Of a stretch of 64,000 bases of DNA, positions 10,169-18,279 are shown piece by piece; positions within the stretch are counted from its first letter, which is position 1; the number at the start of each line of letters is the position of its first letter. The notes under the pieces are model-generated. The model was given only the letters and a program-made list of their open reading frames with translations. It made no database searches and was not told the DNA's origin. The stretch spans positions 29,031-93,030 of the forward strand of contig JADGRF010000196.1 in NCBI GenBank assembly GCA_017881055.1, given 5' to 3'. This DNA is from Sandaracinaceae bacterium. GTDB lineage: Bacteria; Myxococcota_A; Polyangia; Polyangiales; JAFGIB01. Made by a program: the position numbers and the translations under genes.

Positions 10169-11224
10169 TCAGCGCGTGCGGAGCTGCACGAGGCCTTTGT
10201 CGTGCGGATTGCCTGAGTACTGCCCGGCCGTTTGATTGTGCCGAAAGTGATCCGGCGCGGACGCTTGATGGACGCACGCAATCGTGCAGAACGGAGCGCA
10301 CGCCTTCTCGGTGCGGTTCTCTTGATGGATGCGCGCGCGGTCATACTGCGCGAGTGGCACGCCAGGAAAACCGCGCTGCTGCGAGCAGTAGTGCACTAGG
10401 CCGTCTTCGCAGATGTACAGGTAACGACCACCGGCGCGACAACGCCAGTCGTTGGCCTTTTGCGTGGCCAGGTTCGTCTGAAAGCTCTGGTTGAAGCGCG
10501 TGATGCTGAAGCCATCGAGCGCTTGGAACTCGCGCAGCACCGCCGACTCGCGTGGACCGAACGGAGACAGCCCGCCATCGCCGTCGTGGATCACGCCCAT
10601 GGTCGCGGTGAAACCAAGCTCGCGCGCGCGCTTGGCTATGGTGAGCGCGTCTTCGGGATTCGGCACGCCCGCACCGAGCACCGAGTTGATGTTGATCTCG
10701 AATTCCGCGAGCTCGGCCAGATAGCGCAGCTTGCGGTCGAGCACCTTGAGGCTCTTCTTCGAGACGTCGTCCGGGTTCACGTTGTCGATGCTGATCTGCA
10801 AGCGATCGAGCTTCGCGGCGTTGAGCGCACGAATCTGCTCGGGCACCAGGAGATACCCGTTCGTGATCAGTGTGCAGACCATGCCGTGCTGCTTGATACG
10901 CTCGATGATCTTGCACAGGTCGGGATGCAGCAGCGGTTCGCCTCCGCTGATCGTGATCACCGCGGTGCCCAGCTCGGCGAGCTTGTCCACGCGCCGGAAC
11001 ATTTCCTCGGTCGGCACGGGCGGCGAGTGGTCGTCGTATTCGTTGCAATACGCGCACGCCAGATTGCAGCGGCGGATCGGCACGATGTGAACGAGCAACG
11101 GCCGGTCGGGATCGACCACGGTCTCGGCCAGCTTCTTGAGCTCGAGCGCGCTGCGCACGAGACCTCTACGCCCACCCAAACGCCCACGCAGACGCTCAGC
11201 AAGACGACTCACGAGTGGATTCAT
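10169..11224 (-). CDS. radical SAM protein with a Cys-rich (SPASM/twitch-like) C-terminal region
   Basis: CNLACAYC (CX3CX2C) at aa 53-60. GGEPLL SAM-binding motif. Additional C-terminal Cys clusters CRAGGRYLYICEDGLVHYC and CAPFCTIAC. The start overlaps the stop of the upstream GT gene by 4 nt. Confidence 0.85.
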   Translation of the reverse strand: MNPLVSRLAERLRGRLGGRRGLVRSALELKKLAETVVDPDRPLLVHIVPIRRCNLACAYCNEYDDHSPPVPTEEMFRRVDKLAELGTAVITISGGEPLLHPDLCKIIERIKQHGMVCTLITNGYLLVPEQIRALNAAKLDRLQISIDNVNPDDVSKKSLKVLDRKLRYLAELAEFEININSVLGAGVPNPEDALTIAKRARELGFTATMGVIHDGDGGLSPFGPRESAVLREFQALDGFSITRFNQSFQTNLATQKANDWRCRAGGRYLYICEDGLVHYCSQQRGFPGVPLAQYDRARIHQENRTEKACAPFCTIACVHQASAPDHFRHNQTAGQYSGNPHDKGLVQLRTR

Positions 11225-12459
11225 GATGTGGCTCCTGACGCGCTGAGCTCAGCTGCGACTTCCGAGAACAACGCTTCATAGCGGCGTACGACCACGGGCA
11301 CATCGAACTCACGCGCGCGCTCGGCGCCAGCGCGGATCAAGCGCTCACGCAGCGCGGCGTCGCCGAGCAGGTGATCGATGGCGTCGCGCGTGCCGGTCAC
11401 GTCGTCGGTCGCGACGACCCAGCCATCTTGACCGTGGCGCACGATTTCCTTCGGCCCGTAGCTGCAGTCCGAGACGATCACGGGCACGCGACTGGCCATG
11501 GCTTCGATCACGACGTTGCCGAAGCCTTCCCAACGCGAGGGCAAGACGAAGAGCTGCGCGCGACGCATCACCGACCATGGGTTATCGTGCCATCCGGGTA
11601 GGCGCAAGCGATCGGCAATGCCAAGCTCGGTGGCGAGGCTGCGCAGCGCCGCTTCCTCGCGGCCCGTTCCGAGAATCATCAGCTCGTGCGTGCTGCGGTA
11701 GGCGCTGGCCGCGAACGCGCGCAAGAGCACGTCGAAACCCTTTTGGCGATCGAGGCGGCCGACCGCGACGATGTATGGCGCGTCGACCTGCAGCGCCATC
11801 GGTTCGGCGGCGCGACGCTCGACCTCGGCAATGTCGACTGCGTTGTAGATGGTGCTTACGTGCGCGGGATCGAGGCCCAGGTCGCGCTCGAGGTCGCGCG
11901 CCATCTCGTGGCAGATCGTGAGCAAGCGATCGGCCGAGCCGTAGCAGAGCGCGGTCAGCTTGCGCACGGCCGTGCGCGCGAGCTCGGACTGCAACTCGTC
12001 GTTGATTACAGCGAACGTGTTGTTGCCCTCGCGCGCGATGAAGCGCACACGCGAGCGACCGTAGAGTGTAACGGCGGCGAGCGCGATCACGCTCATGCCC
12101 TTGCGAAAGCTCATCACGACATGCGGGCGAAACCGCCGGAGCATGGCGACCACGTGAGCCGGCGTGAGCACGGCGGCGGGCGCAAGGTTGGCAAGCTGGT
12201 ACGACTTGTCGTTGCCTTGATCGAAGTCCAAGAAGCGCGCACCAAAGGTCGGTGCGTCGATGCGTGAAGGATCCACGAGCGGCAAGTACGGGCCGCTCTT
12301 GCGCAAAAGGCCCATGCGCACGTCGAAGCGCGCGGGGTCCATGTGCTGCATGAGATGGACTGCGACGCGCTCCGCGCCCCCGCCGTGCAGGGACGGCAAG
12401 AGCAGCAGCACGCGCAGGCGCGAATTGGGGCCCATCGACACGACCGGCCTGACTAGCAC
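11221..12459 (-). CDS. glycosyltransferase family 4 (GT-B, group 1)
   Basis: N-terminal ..LLPSLHGGGAERV and C-terminal EGFGNVVIEAMASRVPVIVSD (EX7E). The start is uncertain: GTG at 12459 or ATG at 12435. Confidence 0.85.
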   Translation of the reverse strand: MLVRPVVSMGPNSRLRVLLLLPSLHGGGAERVAVHLMQHMDPARFDVRMGLLRKSGPYLPLVDPSRIDAPTFGARFLDFDQGNDKSYQLANLAPAAVLTPAHVVAMLRRFRPHVVMSFRKGMSVIALAAVTLYGRSRVRFIAREGNNTFAVINDELQSELARTAVRKLTALCYGSADRLLTICHEMARDLERDLGLDPAHVSTIYNAVDIAEVERRAAEPMALQVDAPYIVAVGRLDRQKGFDVLLRAFAASAYRSTHELMILGTGREEAALRSLATELGIADRLRLPGWHDNPWSVMRRAQLFVLPSRWEGFGNVVIEAMASRVPVIVSDCSYGPKEIVRHGQDGWVVATDDVTGTRDAIDHLLGDAALRERLIRAGAERAREFDVPVVVRRYEALFSEVAAELSASGATS

Positions 12460-12503
12460 ACTCCTAGCTCGCGTGATAAGAGGCCCCCGGTCCGGATCCC
12501 GTC

Positions 12504-13613
12504 ATGGCGCGCTTCGAATTACTCGTCGGCTCGGAGGCGTTCTGGCAGCGCGCCCGCGCGGACATCCTCGCCGCCCAAGAGCGCGTGTTCGTGCAGGCGA
12601 TGACGTTCGAGGGGGACGCCACCGGCCTGGCCGTGACCCAAGCCATCGAAGAGAGCGCTGCCCGTGATCGGCGCGTGCTCGTCGACAGCTACTCCAAGTA
12701 CATCGTGAGCGACCACTTCGTGTTCTCGCCGAGCGCGCGACGCGACCCCGTGTTTCGCGAAGAGGTGCACCAGACCAGCGCGATGTTCGAGCGCTTGCGG
12801 GCGCACGGCGGCCGCGTCGTGTTCACCAATCCGCTCGGTCTTCTCGGCTCGCGACTACCCGCGCGCAATCACAAGAAGCTGCTGGTGCTGGACGGCATCG
12901 CGTACGTCGGCGGCATCAACTTCAGCGACCACAACTTCGCGTGGCACGACCTGATGGTGCGCTGTGACGACCGCGCGATCGCGGACTTCCTCGCGCAGGA
13001 TTTTCTGCGCACGTTCGAGGGCAGGCCGGAGTCCTCCGAAGCGACGTTCCCCGACGCGCTGCTGCTGGCGCTGAGCGGTTTCGACAACGAGGTCCTGTTC
13101 ACACGCTTGCTCGATCGCATCGCGAGCGCGCGCACACGCATCGACGTGTTCAGCCCTTATCTCACGTTCCCGTTCTGCGAGGCGCTCGCCCAAGCTCGCC
13201 AGCGCGGCGTAGCCGTGACGCTGTTCACGCCGCAGGCGAACAACAAGGGCATCGTGCGAGACTACTTGGTTTGGGCGGCCAAGCGCTTCGATTTCAGTGT
13301 GCGCATGTACGGTCGCATGAGCCACTTGAAAGCGATGTTGATCGACGACCGCGAGCTGGTGGTGGGCTCCTCGAATTTCGACTTCGTCAGTTACTACGCG
13401 CAGGCAGAGCTGGTCGCGATTCTGACCGACGCGCATCTGGTCGACGCGTTCCGCAAGCAAGTGCTCGAGCCGGACAGTGTGTGTTCCCAGCCCGCGGGCG
13501 ACGTGGACGAACTGCGCGGTTGGCTCGCATTCGGCGCGCTCAAAGTGGCCGAACGAGCGGCGCGCTTCAGCGGCTCGCTACTGCGCGCGGAGCACGCGCG
13601 CTGGCGCGAGTAG
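12504..13613 (+). CDS. phospholipase D / phosphatidyltransferase superfamily protein (two HKD motifs)
   Basis: HKKLLVLDGIAYVGGINFSD and HLKAMLIDDRELVVGSSNFD (HxKx4D twice). No obvious TM segment. Confidence 0.85.
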   Translation: MARFELLVGSEAFWQRARADILAAQERVFVQAMTFEGDATGLAVTQAIEESAARDRRVLVDSYSKYIVSDHFVFSPSARRDPVFREEVHQTSAMFERLRAHGGRVVFTNPLGLLGSRLPARNHKKLLVLDGIAYVGGINFSDHNFAWHDLMVRCDDRAIADFLAQDFLRTFEGRPESSEATFPDALLLALSGFDNEVLFTRLLDRIASARTRIDVFSPYLTFPFCEALAQARQRGVAVTLFTPQANNKGIVRDYLVWAAKRFDFSVRMYGRMSHLKAMLIDDRELVVGSSNFDFVSYYAQAELVAILTDAHLVDAFRKQVLEPDSVCSQPAGDVDELRGWLAFGALKVAERAARFSGSLLRAEHARWRE

Positions 13614-13620
13614 GATCCGC

Positions 13621-14763
13621 ATGCGCCTTCTCATCGTTGCCAGCAACTTTCCACCGATCGTGGGCGGCATCCAGACGTATGCGTATGAAGTCGCGCGGCA
13701 CCTTGCACCGCGCTGCAGCGAGCTCTTGGTGGTGGCGCCGCGCTCGCCGCAATTTCGCGAGCATGATGCCCGCGCACCGTTCGAGATCGTTCGACTGACC
13801 AGCCTCGGCGATGACCTCGCGCTCTCGGGCATTCCTTCGCTGACGGCGCTCCTGCGCGCGCGGCGCTTCGACGTCGCGTTCACTACGCATTGGGCGCCGG
13901 GCTTCGCGGTCGAGCGTGCGGCGCGCATCGCGCGTGTGCCGATGCCACTCTTCGTGGCCGCGCACGGCAAAGAGCTCATCCACGCACCCCTCGGGCGAGT
14001 CGCGCTCGCCCAGCGCGTGTACGACAGCATTCGCGCGCACGTGCTGCGCACGGCGGATGGGTTCTTGCCCGTGAGTCACAGGACGGCAGAGCTGCTGCGT
14101 GCGGCGGGAGTCGCGGCCGCAAAGATCACCGTGGCGCACAACGGCGTTGATCCGAGGCGCTACTTTCCGCGCGAGAGCAACACGCTGCAGGAACAGCTCG
14201 GCGGGCAAGGCCCGATCTTGCTCAGCGTCGCGCGCCTCGTGTCGCGCAAAGGCATCGACACCGTGCTGCGCGCCCTACCTGCGGTGCTCGAACGCATGCC
14301 CGGCGTGCGCTACGCCATCGTCGGCAGCGGCCCCGACAAGACGCGGCTGCAAGCGCTCACCGAGCAGCTCGGTCTTGCGAAACACGTACGCTTTCTCGCG
14401 CCGGTCGCCGATACCCTCGCGGACTACTACAACGGCTGCGACTTGTTCGTGCTACCGACGCGCGAGGAGCCGGGCGACATCGAAGGCTTCGGTTTGGTGT
14501 TCCTCGAGGCAGGCGCCTGTGAGAAGCCGGTGATCGGTGCGCGCGCGGGCGGAGTCGTCGATGCCATCGTGCATGGCGAAACCGGCCTGCTCGTTCCACC
14601 TGACGAGGCAGCCGCGCTGTCCACGGCGATCTGCGAGTTGCTCGGCGATCGCACGCGCGCCAAGGCGATGGGCCGCGCTGCGCGCGCACGCGTGCTGCGC
14701 GAGGGCACGTGGGACCACACGGCGAACACAATCTTCGGCGCGCTGCAAACCCGCGCGGGCTGA
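13621..14763 (+). CDS. glycosyltransferase family 4 (GT-B, group 1)
   Basis: MRLLIVASNFPPIVGGIQTY start, 7 nt after the PLD stop. EGFGLVFLEAGACEKPVIGARAGG..HGETGLLV motif. Confidence 0.88.
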   Translation: MRLLIVASNFPPIVGGIQTYAYEVARHLAPRCSELLVVAPRSPQFREHDARAPFEIVRLTSLGDDLALSGIPSLTALLRARRFDVAFTTHWAPGFAVERAARIARVPMPLFVAAHGKELIHAPLGRVALAQRVYDSIRAHVLRTADGFLPVSHRTAELLRAAGVAAAKITVAHNGVDPRRYFPRESNTLQEQLGGQGPILLSVARLVSRKGIDTVLRALPAVLERMPGVRYAIVGSGPDKTRLQALTEQLGLAKHVRFLAPVADTLADYYNGCDLFVLPTREEPGDIEGFGLVFLEAGACEKPVIGARAGGVVDAIVHGETGLLVPPDEAAALSTAICELLGDRTRAKAMGRAARARVLREGTWDHTANTIFGALQTRAG

Positions 14764-14767
14764 TGCG

Positions 14768-16303
14768 CTAGTGCTTCACGCGCTTGTGCAGCGTGACGTC
14801 GAGGCTCGCCACGTGCTCAACGCCCGCGAAGTCCGCGGCCTGCACGACGCGCGTCTCGATCGCATAGCCAGGCACGTAGACCAGCAGCTCGTAGCTGCGG
14901 TCCACGTGCATCCCGGAGACGCGGACATCCGGCGTGAACCCGATCAGCTGGTAGACTTGCGCGCCGGGCGGCGTCGTGATCACGCGTACCGTGCCAAGCG
15001 AGCCCTTGGGCGCGCCGGGCGCTTGGGGCAAGAGCGTGGCACCGAGCTCGACGTCGGCGCCGGAAGCGAGCTCCTTGCCGGTCTGCATCGCGAGCTCGTA
15101 GCGAGCTTGCCCTTGGCCCGCGCTTTCCCAAGCTGCGTCAGCTGGCACGACCGCGCGGGTCGGGACGCGGCCGTTCGCGATGGCGACGAATTCCTGCGCC
15201 ACACCGACGGGCAGATCCGTTGCAAGCGCGGGACCGGGACCTAGGCGCAAGAAGACCTGCGCGTGCGGCGGCGTGGACGTCACATGGAGCTCACCGCTCT
15301 CGATTACGCTTGCAGCTGACGGCGCGGACGCGACCGGAGCGACAACGTCGCTGGCAGGCAGGCCGAGCAGCTTGCGGGCGCCCATCTGGCCGACCGTGAT
15401 GTAGGCGATGCCGAGCACGACCGCGGCGAAGAAGAACACGCCGCCGATCACCGCGCCTCCACTCTTCGGACGCGGCTCGTCCTCGAACAGGTCATAGGTA
15501 CGCACGCGCCGACCCGACTGGGTTTGAGGTTCCGGCGCACGGGCTGGTACAGGGACTGGCGTCGGTGCAGGCGCTGCTGCGGGGAACGGTGTGCGCGCCG
15601 CCGCGCCGGCCTCACGCGCACCGGCCGGTGGCGCATCCTTTGCAGCTGACGGAAGCGAAGGGATCGTCGGCGCAACCGCAGCCTTGGTGACAACGTCGGG
15701 CGGACGCGGGGCCGGGGGCGCTACGTCAGGCGCGCTAGGCGCCGGCGCTGCTGGCCTCGGCTTCTTCTGCGTCGGCGGCTCTTCCGGATCGAGCCCCAAG
15801 AGCGCGTCCAGCTCGGCATCGAGCGCCGCCTCATCCGGTCTGCCGCTCGGCCGATTGCCCACGCGCGCGCCTTCGCGCTGCGCTTCACGCAGAAGGCGCG
15901 CAAGCACGCGCCGAGTCGCGCCCCGATTAAGCGGCAGAAGGCACGCTTCCAGATCATCGCGCAAACCCGCCAGCGTCCACTTGCCGGAGCTCGGTCCCTC
16001 CTCGACCAACTCGAGCAGCATCGACGGAACGCCCGGAGCAGACGAGACCAGGAGGTCGCCCAGCACCATCAACACCGCGCGTGTCGCCGCTTCGTCCGTG
16101 GCGCGCGCAGCCGCCGGGTCGACCATGATCTCGCCGACCTCGCCCAGCCACACGTCGCTGGTGCGCAGACGCACCGGAGCGCGCACGATCTGCTCGCAGA
16201 CCTCGAGTGCGATGAACGCACCGATCTCGCAGGGCAGCGGTATCCCCTTGCGCTGGAGCTGCTCCCGCAGCTGTTCCACGGTGACCTCGAGATCGTCTGA
16301 CAC
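14768..16303 (-). CDS. membrane protein: degenerate kinase-like N-terminus, Pro-rich linker, TM helix, two PEGA-like domains
   Basis: GTG start with an AGGA upstream. TM helix GGVFFFAAVVLGIAYITV. PEGA-like VTSTPPHAQVFL and VITTPPGAQVYQ. The N-terminal segment resembles a kinase C-lobe without catalytic residues. Confidence 0.6.
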   Translation of the reverse strand: MSDDLEVTVEQLREQLQRKGIPLPCEIGAFIALEVCEQIVRAPVRLRTSDVWLGEVGEIMVDPAAARATDEAATRAVLMVLGDLLVSSAPGVPSMLLELVEEGPSSGKWTLAGLRDDLEACLLPLNRGATRRVLARLLREAQREGARVGNRPSGRPDEAALDAELDALLGLDPEEPPTQKKPRPAAPAPSAPDVAPPAPRPPDVVTKAAVAPTIPSLPSAAKDAPPAGAREAGAAARTPFPAAAPAPTPVPVPARAPEPQTQSGRRVRTYDLFEDEPRPKSGGAVIGGVFFFAAVVLGIAYITVGQMGARKLLGLPASDVVAPVASAPSAASVIESGELHVTSTPPHAQVFLRLGPGPALATDLPVGVAQEFVAIANGRVPTRAVVPADAAWESAGQGQARYELAMQTGKELASGADVELGATLLPQAPGAPKGSLGTVRVITTPPGAQVYQLIGFTPDVRVSGMHVDRSYELLVYVPGYAIETRVVQAADFAGVEHVASLDVTLHKRVKH

Positions 16304-16390
16304 GCGTTCCTAGTCCTGCTTCTCACCCGGCTCAGCTCTACAGCTGAACGTCGCGGCAGTATCGGTGGGAACGGCGGGCAACGCCACGTT

Positions 16391-17113
16391 TCAGCGCGAG
16401 CTAGCCGCGGCCGCGAACGCTTCTTGGACCGAGAAGGCTCCTGACAGCAGGGCCCTGCCGCAGACCGCGGCGCGAACTCCGCGTTCGGCGAGCGCCCGAA
16501 TGTGCCCGAGGTCGCCGATACCACCGGAGGCAATCACGGTCGCATTCACCTGCTCCTGCAGTGCCAGCGTGGCATCGATGTCGGGTCCTTCGCGCGTGCC
16601 GTCGCGCGCGATCACCGTGTGCAGGATGGCTGCGACGCCCCAGCCATCCACCTCACGCGCCAAGTCGCTGGCGCGCTTGCCGCTGGCTTCGAGCCAACCT
16701 TCGATCGCAACTTCACCGTCGCGCTCGTCCACGGCCACCACGACTGCGTTCGGCAGCTCGCTGCAGAGCTTACGCACGAACGCAGGATCTTTCACCGCTG
16801 CGGTCCCGAGCACCACGCGCTTGGCGCCGCTGTCCAGCCAGCGCCGCGCGATCTGCTCGTCGCGAATCCCCCCGCCGACCTGAATCTGCATCGGGACCGT
16901 GCGCAGGATCGCTTCGATCACAGCCAGGTTCTTGGGCTCTCCGTCGCGCGCACCGTCGAGGTCGACCACGTGCAAGCGGCGCGCACCGGCGTCGAAAAAC
17001 ACGCGCGCCTGCTCGACCGGCCGCTCCGAATACACGGTGACCTGATCGTAGCGACCCTTGTGCAGACGTACGACCTTGCCGCCCAGCAGGTCGATCGCGG
17101 GAATCAACTCCAT
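16391..17113 (-). CDS. hisA: 1-(5-phosphoribosyl)-5-[(5-phosphoribosylamino)methylideneamino]imidazole-4-carboxamide isomerase
   Basis: MELIPAIDLLGGKVVRL... and GGGIR, VIASGGIG blocks typical of HisA. Confidence 0.92.
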   Translation of the reverse strand: MELIPAIDLLGGKVVRLHKGRYDQVTVYSERPVEQARVFFDAGARRLHVVDLDGARDGEPKNLAVIEAILRTVPMQIQVGGGIRDEQIARRWLDSGAKRVVLGTAAVKDPAFVRKLCSELPNAVVVAVDERDGEVAIEGWLEASGKRASDLAREVDGWGVAAILHTVIARDGTREGPDIDATLALQEQVNATVIASGGIGDLGHIRALAERGVRAAVCGRALLSGAFSVQEAFAAAASSR

Positions 17114-17127
17114 AAGCTACTCCGCAA

Positions 17128-17721
17128 CTACTCCGTGAGCGTGCCCTTGGTGGAAGGGACCGATGACGAACGTGGATCCAGCTCCACGGCGTCGCGCAGC
17201 GCGCGCGCAAACGCCTTGAAGCAGATCTCGATGATGTGATGCAGCACTTGGCCGGAGACCATGTGCATGTGCAAGTTGCAACCGGCACCGCGCGCGAAGC
17301 CTTCGAAGAAGACCTCGGCAAGCTCGGTGTCGAACTCACCCACTTTCGCCTTGGGCATCGGCACGTCCCAGACGAAGTACGGGCGACCCGACAGATCGAG
17401 CGCGCAGGTCACGCAGGCTTCGTCCATCGGCAGCGTGGCCGAGCCGTAGCGGCGAATGCCCTTCTTGTCACCAAGGGCGCGCGCCACCGCTTGGCCGAGC
17501 GTGATGCCGAGATCCTCGGTGGTGTGATGACCGTCGATCTCGACGTCGCCCTGCGCATCGACTTTCAGATCGAGCATGCCGTGGCGCCCAAGCTGGTCGA
17601 GCATGTGACTCAAGAACGGCAGCGGGGTCTTCACCACGTGCACGCCACTGCCATCGAGGTCGACCTCGACGTGGATCTGCGTCTCGCGGGTCTTGCGCTC
17701 GAGCGTGGCCTTCCGGGACAT
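17128..17721 (-). CDS. hisB: imidazoleglycerol-phosphate dehydratase
   Basis: RKTRETQI..., HHTTEDLGI and HHIIE metal-binding blocks. ATG at 17721 is preceded by AAGGTG. Confidence 0.92.
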   Translation of the reverse strand: MSRKATLERKTRETQIHVEVDLDGSGVHVVKTPLPFLSHMLDQLGRHGMLDLKVDAQGDVEIDGHHTTEDLGITLGQAVARALGDKKGIRRYGSATLPMDEACVTCALDLSGRPYFVWDVPMPKAKVGEFDTELAEVFFEGFARGAGCNLHMHMVSGQVLHHIIEICFKAFARALRDAVELDPRSSSVPSTKGTLTE

Positions 17722-17792
17722 CGGCCGCACCTTAGCACGGCCCTCTGCAGGGGCTCACGTTTCCAGCGCGGCCCGGCCGCGTCAACCGCGGC

Positions 17793-18275
17793 TCAGCCCT
17801 GCTTCAACTGAGCTTCGATTTCCGCCAGCTTGCGTAGCAGCGCCTCGCTGCCCGGCTCGTGCTGGAGCGCAATCTGCAGGTGCAAACGCGCCTGCTTCCA
17901 GTTCTTGGCGCGGATCGCCTGCTCGGCCTTCGCGAGGAAGGGTCGCGCGCGACTGCTGTGCACGTCGGCCTGGCCCGGCGGCACGCTGGGCCGGATGCTC
18001 TGCCACGCCTGCTCGGGATCGAAGCGCAGCTTGCCCTGTGCCAGCTGCTGATCGTACGCGCGCCGCTGCTCGGGATGCGTCAAGACCCGATAGGCTTCGG
18101 TCGCACGGCGATAGATGCGCCCTGCCCGAGCGCCGCCGTCGGGATCATCGGCATGACGATCCGGATGGTAGCGGCGAGCGAACGCGCGGAACGCCAGCTT
18201 GATGGCGTCGGCGCTGGCGTCGTGCGGCAGATCGAAGAGCGCATAGTAGTCGAGTTCGTCGAGACGCTTGGCCAT
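17793..18275 (-). CDS. J-domain protein with a TPR-like C-terminus
   Basis: DYYALFDL...AFRAFARRYHPDRH (HPD present). ATG at 18275 lies 4 nt after the stop of the upstream Hsp70-like gene. The longer track ORF would overlap that gene. Confidence 0.8.
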   Translation of the reverse strand: MAKRLDELDYYALFDLPHDASADAIKLAFRAFARRYHPDRHADDPDGGARAGRIYRRATEAYRVLTHPEQRRAYDQQLAQGKLRFDPEQAWQSIRPSVPPGQADVHSSRARPFLAKAEQAIRAKNWKQARLHLQIALQHEPGSEALLRKLAEIEAQLKQG

Positions 18276-18279
18276 GACG

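Noticed and set aside
12451-12470. A shared motif CTAG..ACTCCTAG upstream of the PLD/GT4 divergent region (12453-12467) and immediately upstream of the GT1 gene (58651-58662), considered as a possible common operator of glycosyltransferase loci.
   Set aside because: There are only two occurrences. On the opposite strand the motif is largely a Shine-Dalgarno-like CTAGGAG. A similar CCTAGTCC at 16310-16317 also coincides with an SD region. I cannot distinguish this from chance without a genome-wide count.
16391-17721. hisB directly followed by hisA, without hisH or hisF.
   Set aside because: The arrangement is real, but split his operons are common outside enterics. It is not informative on its own.
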